Shown here: piece after piece, positions 1 through 14,952 of the stretch
How positions within the stretch are numbered: position 1 is the stretch's first letter
Layout of the letters: each line of letters opens with the position of its first letter
Source of the DNA: Eledone cirrhosa
Taxonomy: Eukaryota
NCBI GenBank assembly: GCA_964016885.1
Contig: OZ024741.1
Location: 154,628,001-154,692,000, forward strand
Length of the DNA stretch: 64,000 bases
Direction of reading: 5' to 3'
Notes under the pieces: model-generated
The model's input: only the letters and a program-made list of their open reading frames with translations
Told to the model about the DNA's origin: nothing
Databases searched by the model: none
Position numbers and translations under genes: made by a program

Positions 1-200
1 GTTAATTTATATATGATTTTTTAAATTTATATTAAGTATTAAATGTCTGAAAATATTTTTATACATCTTACAATAATATTTATAAGATCATTTATAAAAT
101 AACAATTATATAATCTAATTACATTACAACGATAATTTATTATATATCATGTTTAACTCGAGTTATTACAAGCGTTGCCTTAAAAAAATATTAAACTAGA

Positions 201-634
201 CCTGAAAACTGCGCAAGCTCAAAAGAGCCACAGAATGTTATAATAAACCTTCAAAAGTGTGGGACTAGAGTTGTTGCTCAAAAATATTGTAAACATTATC
301 TATCGTACACTCGGTGGCATCCTTTTATAAAAAAGAGATTTATAACGAACTCAAGACGACACGATAATTATTTAAGTAAATTTATAATATAGCAGTCGGT
401 TTAAGTGCATTTCGTATTAATCATTACTAAACATCTAATATGAGATATTGAACATTAGCTTAAATAATTAGCGTGTCGCCTTGAGTTCGTTATGAGTCGC
501 TTTTTAATAAAAGGATGCCACAGAGTGTAATATAGATAATGATTACAATATTTTTGAGCAACAATTCTAGTCCCACACTTTTGAAGGTTTATTATAACAT
601 TCTGTGGCTCTTTTGAGCTTGCGCATTTTTCAGG
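201..634. repeat. Fold-back inverted repeat, arms ~201-377 and ~457-634, ~80-bp spacer
   Basis: cctgaaaactgcgcaagctcaaaagagccacagaatg... at 201 is the reverse complement of ...cattctgtggctcttttgagcttgcgcatttttcagg ending at 634; roughly 90% identity by eye; right arm abuts the TA array. Confidence 0.9.
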
Positions 635-635
635 G

Positions 636-2354
<1,719 letters not shown>

Positions 2355-2420
2355 CAGTTCCCGTCCCACCCTTGCAAGCAGGGAAAAAGCGGAAGTAAAA
2401 TGAAATGATGATGATGATGA
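2355..2420 (+). mobile_element. Extreme 3' end (stem-loop + (ATG)n tail) of an RTE LINE, same family as 14953-17393
   Basis: cccgtcccacccttgcaagcagggaaaaagcggaagtaaaatg...(atg)n matches the reverse complement of 14953-15014. Confidence 0.85.
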
Positions 2421-4181
<1,761 letters not shown>

Positions 4182-5003
4182 AATATATTTAGAAACACAC
4201 AGATACATGCGGACACACACATATACATGAATGCATCCACACCCATCCGTGAGTTAATGGTGCCAACCTTACCGATGTTGCTCAATGAATGACTGGGACA
4301 GACTAATCCGGTTGAATTAGACTGAACCAGTATCAGAGTTAAAAATACATTATGAATAGAGAAGAAACATTTAGATATAATTAGTAATAAAATGTATCAT
4401 ACCTAAACTGCTCCTAGATTCCTCGACTACGTAGTTCCGTGTCATAAACAAAAACAATACATCATAAAGATATAGAGTCTTTGCGAGGTCTGCCGACTTA
4501 TCAAGAGGATACCTCGTTTTACTAGCTTCAAGAACGCGTCTACATGACGTGAGAAAGAATCCCAAAAGGCGGAGGAGGAGATAGTCACGCGATGTAACGG
4601 TCGAGAAACAGAGCTAAGCCTCTTATAACCCCGAAGAAAATACCACGGAGGCGGAGGGGGTATTTATATCGAAGCTGTAGAAGAGGTGGTGAAGGAGGCG
4701 AGAAGTATGAGTAATGGCAGCTTTCCAGCCGTCACCACACTTCAAAGATTACTCGACCAGAGGGAGTTATGAACAATATATTTAGAAACACACAGATACA
4801 CGCGGACACACACATATACATGAATGCATCCACACCCATCCGTGAGTTAATGGTGCCAACCTTACCGATGTTGCTCAATGAATGACTGGGACAGACCAAT
4901 CCGGTTGAATTAGACTGATCCGCCTTTTGGGATTCTTTCTCACGTCATGTAGACGCGTTCTTGAAGCTAGTAAAACGAGGTATCCTCTTGATAAGTCGGC
5001 AGA
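4182..5003. mobile_element. Non-coding element with 144-bp direct repeats (4182-4325, 4775-4918) and an 85-bp inverted copy (4489-4573 vs 4919-5003); possibly Penelope-like pLTR
   Basis: Direct repeats differ at 2 positions; inverted copy appears exact; both ends lie in the TA array; family assignment is inference. Confidence 0.6.
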
Positions 5004-5005
5004 TG

Positions 5006-5050
<45 letters not shown>

Positions 5051-5091
5051 GTATATATATATATGTATATATATATGTATATATGTTTATA

Positions 5092-5124
<33 letters not shown>

Positions 5125-5135
5125 ATATATATGTA

Positions 5136-5190
<55 letters not shown>

Positions 5191-5203
5191 GTATATATAT
5201 ATG

Positions 5204-5290
<87 letters not shown>

Positions 5291-5373
5291 GTATATATAT
5301 ATATATGTATATGTATATATATATATATGTATATATGTATATATATATATGTATATATATATATGTATATATG

Positions 5374-5404
<31 letters not shown>

Positions 5405-6100
5405 GTATATATATATATGTATATATGTATATATATATATGTATATATGTATATATATATATGTATATATATATATGTATATATGTATATATATATATGT
5501 ATATATGTATATATATATATGTATATATATATATGTATATATGTATATATATGTATATATGTATATATATATATATATGTATATATGTATATATATATAT
5601 GTATATATGTATATATATATATGTATAGATGTATATATATATATGTATATATATATATGTATATATGTGTATACATATATGTATATATGTATATATATAT
5701 GTATATATGTATATATATATATGTATATATGTATATATATATGTATATATGTATATATATATATATGTATATATATATAGTATATATATATATGTATATA
5801 TATATATGTATATATGTATATATATATATATGTATATATATATATGTATATATATATATGTATATATGTATATATATATATATGTATATATGTATATATA
5901 TATATGTATATATGTATATATATATATGTATATATATATGTATATATGTATATATATATGTATATATGTATATATATATATTTATATATGTATATATATA
6001 TATATATGTATATATGTATATATGTATATATATATATGTATATATATATGTATATATATATATATATGTATATATATATGTATATATATATGTATATATG

Positions 6101-6131
<31 letters not shown>

Positions 6132-6286
6132 GTATATATATATGTATATATATATATGTATATATGTATATATATATGTATATATGTATATATATATGTA
6201 TATATGTATATATATGTATATATGTATGTATATATGTATATATATATGTATATATGTATATATGTATATATATATATGTATATATG

Positions 6287-6317
<31 letters not shown>

Positions 6318-6348
6318 GTATATATATATATGTATATATGTATATATG

Positions 6349-6379
<31 letters not shown>

Positions 6380-6448
6380 GTATATATATATATGTATATA
6401 TGTATATATATATATATGTATATATGTATATATATATATGTATATATG

Positions 6449-6501
<53 letters not shown>

Positions 6502-6564
6502 ATATATATATGTATATATGTATATATATATATATGTATATATGTATATATATATATATATATG
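5004..6564. repeat. TATATG-type microsatellite
   Basis: Direct reading. Confidence 0.97.
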
Positions 6565-7121
6565 TCTCATGGTCGGGTCGTTGGCGACTAAACTGGCAAC
6601 CCCACCAAGGTTTCTTGGTGAGGAGGGTGACTTTGGACATCCTGCAGGACTAAAAACAAAACCTGTCAAAGGGCAAAGGAGCTCTTAAGAGTCAATGGCC
6701 ATCCAAAATCACCGGGAGAGATGACCCCTTAGCCTTTGTCAAGGCAGAATTCTAGGAGAAGGAAAACTCTGATGTAACACCTGCAACCTTGATGGTATCC
6801 AATGATGTTGACTTGTTCTTCTTTTTGGTAAATATCATCTTGGTTAAGAGAGTGGGACTGGCTTTGTGCAGTGCCTTTGCTCACTATAAAAGCTTCACGG
6901 CACAGGCATTGCTTTGTATCTGGAGATCTCTCTGCACTTGTCGTCACAGGGTACCATGGCCCCAGCACTATGTGTCAATATTTGTCACAAGTGTAGTGTT
7001 TGTACCAGAGTTTTCAAGTCGCTGGCTGGACTAAAAGGTCACACTCGTTCAGTGCATCGGTAGGGGTTCTCCTATATGGATATAAAGTAGTGGCCGTACT
7101 CGAAAACGAGTTGGCAGCCAC
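6565..7121 (+). mobile_element. Short non-autonomous RTE-like element: 5'-UTR-like segment joined to a C-terminal C2H2 finger and 3' hairpin
   Basis: ctaggagaaggaaaactctga resembles RTE 5' UTR motifs; 6992-7063 encodes [23 protein letters not shown]; terminal gtggc..ctcg-aaaa-cgag..gccac hairpin; flanked by TA array. Confidence 0.6.
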
Positions 7122-7175
7122 CATATATATATGTATATATGTATATATGTATATATATATATGTATATATATATG

Positions 7176-7206
<31 letters not shown>

Positions 7207-7227
7207 GTATATATATATGTATATATG

Positions 7228-7266
<39 letters not shown>

Positions 7267-7650
7267 GTATATATATATGTATATATATATATGTATATCA
7301 TCATCATCATCATCAACGTTTAACGTCCGTGTTCCACGCTTGCATGAGTTTGGACGGGGGTAGTTCCACTTGAGGCAAGAGTGATTGTCTTGCTCGCATA
7401 GGACTGTCTGGCAGGTTTTCTACAGTTGGATGCCCTTCCTAACACCAACCACATTTACAGTGTGGGTCTGGGAGGTTTTTACCGTGTTGCCTACACGGCC
7501 ACATTACAGCATGGACTGTGTGTTTTTTTGTCGTGACACCTACACGATCTCATTTGTTTCGGCCTGGATGGTGTGGCACCAACACAACTTTACATAGAAC
7601 GGGGTAGCGTGGATGGGGTGGGGGTGGGTGGGACGGGGGGGTGTATTTTG

Positions 7651-9387
7651 TTAGAGATGCCTACTGGCTGTAGTAGGCATCACGTGTCCATACCAACGTA
7701 GCCTTCTCTCGAGTAAACAACATCTGATCCCTCTTATTTCTAATTTTTTCCTTAGTTCGTTTATGCTTTGCCGTTCACGTATATTACTGTTACACATCCA
7801 GCGGAGCATGCAAGCTTCGTTCCTCTCTAGTCTGCGTATATCATCTGCACACAATGCCCAGGTCTCACTGCCATGCAACATTGCTGTTCGTATGCAGGCA
7901 TCGTACAACCTGCCTTTCATTTTTAGGGAGAACCCTTTAGCAGCTAATAGTGGTATAAGCTCTCTGAACTTTTTCCAACCAGTTCTGACTCTAGCTACTG
8001 TACTTTCAGAGCACCCTCCCCCACTGCTGATTTTATCACCCAGGTAACGGAAACTCTCCACTATTTCTATAGAACCCTCTGCGCAATTGAAAGAGCTAGT
8101 ATTTCGTGGGCACTTGCTGCTACTTATTGCACCAGAGCACGGGCCACATGTAAAATCTATGTTCTTAGTTAGCTTACCTGTGATCCCACTACATCTTTTA
8201 TGCACCCATACTTTGCATTTAGGACATAAAATGGAGTTTCTACCTACGCCTTTCCATGTTTGGAATTTCCATGTTTGGAATTTCTTCTCTAGCTCGGCCA
8301 TTGATTCCGCTATGAGTGTCAGGTCGTCTGCGTATAGGAGTTCCCATGGGCAGCCGGTCTTGAACTCCTCTGTTATAGCCTGAAGGGCAATAATAAATAG
8401 TAGGGGGCTGAGAACAGAGCCCTGATGGACGCCAACTTTTACGCTAAACTCTTCACTATATTCGTTGTTAATTCTAACCTTGCTGACTGTTTCTTTATAC
8501 ATGGCTTGTATAGCTCTCACAAGCCATTCGTCAACGCCTAGTTTTCTAAGAGCCCACCAGATAATGGAGCGGGGGACTCTGTCGAAGGCTTTCTCCAAGT
8601 CGACAAAAGCTAAGTAGAGGGGTTTACCTTTAGCTAGGTACTTCTCCTGTAGTTGTTGTACAATGAAAAGAGCGTCTGTGGTACTTTTGCCTGACACAAA
8701 CCCGAACTGCATTTCATCTAGATCAATTCTCTCTCTGATTAGTTGTGCTATTACTTTTTCCGTGACCTTCATGACCTGGTCGATTAATTTAATGCCTCTA
8801 TAGTTACTCCTATCTAGGGCGTCTCCTTTACCCTTATAACAGTTAACGATGATGCTGCTATGCCAGTCCTTCGGAACAACCACATTCTGTACGACTTGGT
8901 TAACTATGCGGGTGACCATGGTGTGTCCCACCGTGCCAGATGCCTTCAGCATCTCAGCAACTATTTCCGAAGGCCCAGCTGCCTTACCCGTCTTCATATC
9001 CTTGATTGCCTTACTTATTATACTCCCCTCGACTAACACTGCTGGTCCCTCTATTGGGTCGATATGGGGGAGACTGTCTTTCTCCCATTTATTCTCCTGA
9101 TTTAGTAGCCTTTCATAGTGACACTTCCAAGCTACCTTCTTATCAGCGTCGGTGATGGCAAGTGTGCCATCGTCGTTTAGTACACACTTCTCCCCGACAA
9201 TATCACGGTTTTCCTTGACGCATTGCCTAGCAATCCTGAACACCTCACGTTTTTGGTCATCGCGTTGTAGAACATGCTTGAACTTTCTTTCCTCAGCTTC
9301 CCTTCTTGCTAAGTACACTTCTCTCCTAGCTTCCCTCCTGGCCACTTGATAGTCTTCTCTACTTCCCCATCCCGCCATACTTTCCAA
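7651..9387 (-). pseudogene. RTE ORF, 3' part: reverse transcriptase with partly deleted PHD finger, C-terminus lost
   Basis: ORF 7651..9387 with YADD; deletions at ~8255 and ~7677 relative to copy 4. Confidence 0.9.
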
Positions 9388-10530
9388 GCCTGCTTTTTGG
9401 CCTTAATTGACCCCTCCACCTTACTGTTCCACCACCATGTTACTCTCCTCCTGCCTACAGGCCTGCTCCAGCCACAGACTTCGTCTGTCGCCAACAGCAG
9501 GTTTGCTTTCAGAAATTCCCACTCTCCCTCTATATTGTCCGACTCTAAATGTTCTTCCTTACTGTCGAAAGCATCAAGTAATATGCTTTGAAATTTATTC
9601 CTGGCTGTGGGGTCCTTTAGCTTCCATATTTTTCTCCTGAGGATAGTCCTCTTCTGCTGTCGAGTACGTCTCGTCCTGACTATGAGGTCGCTAATTATCA
9701 GTCTGTGTTGGGAGGTGCATTCTTCATGGGGGAGGGATTTAGTGTTTACAACAGACACTCTGTCACGTCTTCTGGTAAGGATATAATCTACCTGGCTTGT
9801 GTGTTCCCCGGATCTATAGGTGATCAGGTGATTGTCACGTTTTTTGAAGTTAGTGTTACAGATAGTTAGGTTATTTGCATCACAGAATTCCAGGATTCTG
9901 GAGCCTTCCTCATTTCTAGTACCAAACCCATAGCCTCCATGGATTTCGTCGTAGCCGTCACAATGTTGTCCAACGTGACCATTTAGATCGCCTGCAATAA
10001 TTATATAGTCACTGTCGGATATTTGGGAGGTAGTTAGCACCAGTGTCTCATAGAATCTGTCTTTTATAGTGCCGGGCAGTCCGGATTGGGGTGCGTACGC
10101 AGATATTACTGTCACCGTAGTTCTATTGAGGACAAGTCGTATTTTAATTATTCTGTCGTTCACTCTATTTACGTCTATTATCTTATCTGCCCACTTTTCT
10201 GCTACCATGATTCCTACTCCACCCAGCCCATCGTCGTTTCCCACCCAGAAAAGCTTATAACATCGTTTTTTACCCTCAATGAATCTAGCAGACCCACCCC
10301 TCCACCTGGTCTCTTGAATACAACAAACATCGACCTCCTTACGTTCAAGCATTTCTACAACCTCGTTAGCGCGACCCTTTAGGGTGCCTACATTTATGGT
10401 ACCAACTCTGAAGTTTTGGATTGCGTTTGGGGGTTGGGGGCGGTGGGGGGCGGGGGGCGATGGGGTTATGTTAGCCGTCCGCGGTCGAAACAATGAGGAG
10501 TGCTCGCATTCTCGTCCACGAGGTGAATTT
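9309..10530 (-). pseudogene. RTE ORF, 5' part: apurinic-like (APE) endonuclease domain
   Basis: C-terminal part of ORF 9309..11318; its N-terminal IY stretch is microsatellite. Confidence 0.9.
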
Positions 10531-10845
10531 ATATATATATGTATATATATATATGCATATATATATGTATATATATATGTATATATATATGTATATATGT
10601 ATATATATATGTATATATGTATATATATATGTATATATGTATATATATGTATATATGTATGTATATATGTATATATATATGTATATATGTATATATATAT
10701 ATGTATATATATATGTATATATGTATATATGTATATATATATGTATATATATGTATATATGTATGTATATATGTATATATATATGTATATATGTATATAT
10801 ATATGTATATATGTATATATGTATGTATATATATATGTATATATG

Positions 10846-10878
<33 letters not shown>

Positions 10879-11013
10879 GTATATATGTATGTATATATAT
10901 ATGTATATATGTATATATATATATATGTATATATGTATATATATATGTATATATGTATATATGTATATATATATGTATATATGTATATATATATATATAT
11001 ATGTATATATATG

Positions 11014-11059
<46 letters not shown>

Positions 11060-11129
11060 TATATATATGTATATATATATATATATATGCATATATATAT
11101 GTATATATATATATATATATATGCATATA

Positions 11130-11173
<44 letters not shown>

Positions 11174-11388
11174 TATATATAGATATATATATGCATATAT
11201 ATATATGTGTATATATATGTATGTATACATATATATGCATATATATATATGTGTATATATATGTATGTATACATATATATGCATATATATATATGTGTAT
11301 ATATATGTATGTATACATATATAGGCGTATATATATATATATGTGTGTGTATATATGTATATATATTTATATATGTGTATATATATAT
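10531..11388. repeat. TATATG-type microsatellite
   Basis: Direct reading. Confidence 0.95.
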
Positions 11389-12704
11389 CTCATGCCCCCT
11401 CACGTCTGATCGCAAGTATAAAATAAATCTTGCTAGTCCCAAGGGCAGAATTAATCTTTCTGATCTATCTTCCAGGCGATCTGTCGATTTTGAGAATTTA
11501 AGCAATTCTTCTCTTTTCTTCTGTCCGCAATCTTCTAAATAAGCAGTGTTTTAAACTCTTAGTTATGCCAGTCTAAAATTCAAATTATCCGCCCTCTTCT
11601 CTGATTTTCAATTATGTATATTTACATGTTTTCGATACGTCTCAATTTGTTGGCTGTTGGTCCCTTCCTAAAAACTAACTTTTTTGTATTGTTATTGCAT
11701 AATTATTCTAGAACCTTCCTGCATCCTGCTTGTAAACACTTTGCTCCTTCTCTCCTATCCCTCCTCCCCCACGCCTGATCGCAAGTATAAAATAAATCTT
11801 GCTAGTCCCAAGAACAGAATTTATCTATCTAATCTATCTTACAGGCGATCTGTCGATCTTGAGAATGTAAGCAATACTTGTCTTTCTTCTATCTGTAGTC
11901 TGCTAAATAAGCAGTGTTTAAAACTCTTAGTTATGCCAGTCTAAAATGCAAATACTCCGTTTTCGTCTCTGATTTTGAATTAGTTATCTTTAAATGTTTT
12001 AAATACGTCTCAATCTGCTGGCTGTTGGTCCCTTTCCTGAAACTAACCTTGTAGTATTGTTATTGAATAATTATTCTAGAACCTTCCTGCATATCGCTAC
12101 TTCTCTCATACCCCCCCCCCCCACGTCTGATCGCAAGTATAAAATAAATCTTGCTAGTCCCAAGGACAGAATTAATCTATCTGATCTATCTTACAGGCGA
12201 TCTGTCGATTTTGAGAATGTAAGCAATACTTGTCTTTCTTCTATCCGCAGTCTTCTAAATAAGCAAGTGTTTTAAACTCTTAGTTATGCCGGTCTAAATT
12301 TGAAATTATCCGTTTTCGTCTCTGATTTTCAATTATTTATCTTTAAATGTTTTAAACACGTCTCAATCTGTTGGCTGTTGGTCCCTTCCTGAAAACTAAC
12401 CTTCTAGTATTGTTATTGAATATTATTCTAGAACCTTCCTGCATCTTGCTCCCTGCTTGTAAACACTTTGCTCCTCCTCACATACCCCACCCCCACGTCT
12501 GATCGCAAGTATAACATAAATCTTGCTAGTCCCAAGGACAGAATTTATCTTTCTGATCTATCTTACAGGCGATCTGTCGATTCTGAGAATTTAAGCAATA
12601 CTTGTCCTTTTCTTCTATCCGCAGTCTTCTAAGTAAGCAGTGTTTGAAACTCTTAGTTATGCCCGGTCTAAAATTCAAATTCTCCGTTTTCGTCTCTCGA
12701 TTTT

Positions 12705-12783
12705 CAATCCTTACGGGGTCGATAAAATAAAGTACCAGTAATGTACAGGGTAATGGCTGGCTTGTGCCTAAGTAGAAACAATT
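12705..12783 (+). mobile_element. 5'-truncated SINE (Nin/Deu-type core + tail) in satellite unit 4
   Basis: atccttacggggtcgataaaataaagtaccag...gtagaaacaatt matches the 3' half of the SINEs at 13120 and 29832-30710. Confidence 0.8.
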
Positions 12784-13119
12784 TTATATTTAAATGTTTT
12801 AAATACGTCTCAATCTGTTGGCTGTTGGTCCCTTCCTGAAACTAACCTTCTAGTATTGTTATTGAATAATTATTCTAGAACCTTCCTGCATATCGCTACT
12901 TCTCTCATAACCCCCCCCCCCCCCCCCCCCCTACGTCTGATCGCAAGTATAAAAACAAATCTTGCTAGTCCCAAGGACAGAATTAATCTATCTGATCTAT
13001 CTTACAGGCGATCTGTCGATTTTGAGAATGTAAGCAATCTGTAGTCTTCTAAATAAGCAGTGTTTATAACTCTTTGTTATGCCAGTCTAAAATTCAAATT
13101 CTCCGTTTTCCTCTCTGAT

Positions 13120-13306
13120 CGGTGGATTGGCAGTATCGGTGGAGGGTCGGACGCCATGCTTTCCAGCATAGTTACGTCCCTTTGCGATCTGAGTTCGAAT
13201 CCCCGCCGAGGTTGACTTTGCCTTTCATCCTTGCGGGGTCGATGAAGTAAAAGTACCAGTGGTGCACTGGGTAATTGCTGGCCTTGTGCCAAAAGTAGAA
13301 ACAATT
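13120..13306 (+). mobile_element. tRNA-derived SINE with Nin/Deu-type core in satellite unit 5
   Basis: A-box-like tggcagtatcgg, B-box-like gagttcgaatccc, core gcctttcatccttgcggggtcgat..aagtaccag. Confidence 0.85.
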
Positions 13307-13854
13307 TATATTTAAATGTTTTTAATACGTCTCAATCTGTTGGCTGTTGGTCCATTCCTGAAAACTAATCTTCTAGTATTGTTATTGAATAATTATTCTA
13401 GAACCTTCCTGCATCTCACCTCCTGCTTGTAAACACTTTGCTCCTCCTCACATACCCCCCCCCCACGTCTGATCGCAAGTATAACATAAATCTTGCTAGT
13501 CCCAAGGACAGAATTTATTTATCTGATCTATCTTACAAGCGATCTGTCGATTTTGAGAATGTAAGCAATACTTGTCTTTTCTTCTATCTGTAGTCTGCTA
13601 AATAAGCAGTGTTTTAAACTCTTAGTTATGCCAATCTAAAATTCAAATTCTCCGTTTTCCTCTCTGATTTTCAATTATTTATATTTACATGTTTTTAATA
13701 CGTCTCAATATGTTGGCTGTTGGTCCCTTCCTAAAAAACTAACCTAGTATTGTTATTGAATAATTATTCTAGAACCGTCCTGCATCTTGCTCCCTGCTTG
13801 TAAACACATTGCTCCTTGCTTGTAAACACATTACTCCCCCCCCCCCCTCCTAGA

Positions 13855-14616
13855 TAGATTATATCCTTACTAGAAGACGGGACAAGTGTCTGTTGTAAAC
13901 ACTAAATCCCTCCCACGTGAAGAATGCACCTCCCAACATAGCCTAGTAGTTAATGACCTCATAGTCAGAAATAGACGTACTCGACGACAGAGGAGGCCTA
14001 ACTTGAGAAGAATATGGAAGTTGAAGGACCCCATAGCCAGTGACAAATTTAAAAGCTTATTACTTGATGCCTTTGACAATAAGGAAGAGCAATTAGAGAC
14101 GTGCCATATAGAGGAACAATGGCAATTCTTGAAAGTGGACCTGCTGATAGCAACAGATGAAATCTGTGGCTGGAGCAGAGCTATTGGCAGGAGGAGAGTA
14201 ACTTGGTGGTGGAACAGTAAGTTAGAAGAGACAATCAAGGGCAAAAAGCTAGCTTGGAAAGTATGGCAGGATGGGGAAGTAGAGAGCACTATCAAGTGGC
14301 CAGGAGAAAAGCTAGGAGACAAGTGTACCTTGCAAAAAGGGAAGCAGACGATAGAAAGTTAAAGCATGTTCTACAACGCGAGGTGTTCACGATTGCTAGA
14401 CAATGTGTCAAGGAGAAGTGTGTTCGCAATGATAACGGTGTACTTGCCCTCACTGATGCTAATAAGAAGATAGCCTGGAAGTGTCACTACAAGAGACTAT
14501 TAAATGAGGAGAATAAGTGGGAAAAAGATAGTCTGCCCCAAATCAATCCAATAGAAGGACCAGCAGTGCAAGTTAAAGGTAGTATAATAAGTAAGACAGG
14601 CAAAGCAGCTGGGCCT
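13855..14616 (+). mobile_element. Internal RTE LINE fragment (copy 2; end of APE to start of RT), related to copy 1
   Basis: ORFs 13886..14362 and 14254.. align with copy 1 protein ([24 protein letters not shown]). Confidence 0.9.
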
Positions 14617-14952
14617 TATATATTATATATTATATATATATTATATATATATATATTATATATTATATATTATATATATATTATATATATATATATTATA
14701 TTATATATATATATATTATATATATATTATATATATATATTATATATATATATATATATTATATATATATATATTATATATATATTATATATATTATATA
14801 TATATATATTATATATATATATTATATATATATATATATTACATATTATATATATATTATATATATTATATATATATATATTATATATATATTATATATA
14901 TTATATATATATATATTATATATATATATATATTACATATTATATATATATT
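14617..14952. repeat. (TA)n microsatellite with TT interruptions (TATATTA type)
   Basis: Direct reading. Confidence 0.95.

Larger units (their letters stand above)
7297..10530 (-). mobile_element. Near full-length RTE-clade LINE (copy 1), defective
   Basis: APE motifs [40 protein letters not shown]; RT motifs QFGF, FVDLEKAFDRV, GVHQGSVLSP, YADD, YLG; (GAT)n tail at 7297-7314; one frameshift and two deletions. Confidence 0.95.
11393..13850. repeat. Tandem satellite, 6 units of ~350-385 bp separated by poly-C tracts
   Basis: Unit start cacgtctgatcgcaagtata at ~11401, 11770, 12122, 12494, 12932, 13464; units 4 and 5 lengthened by SINE inserts. Confidence 0.92.

Noticed and set aside
7763-10382. 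Plus-strand ORFs over the RTE copies (also 15005-16932, 59145-60086, 62993-63719)
   Set aside because: Antisense shadows of the RT/APE frames
13120-13210. tRNA gene
   Set aside because: A/B boxes belong to a SINE head; no cloverleaf, and the SINE core follows
11393-13850. Non-LTR retrozyme array or coding repeats
   Set aside because: No CTGANGA..GAAA core found on either strand; short ORFs are not kept between units
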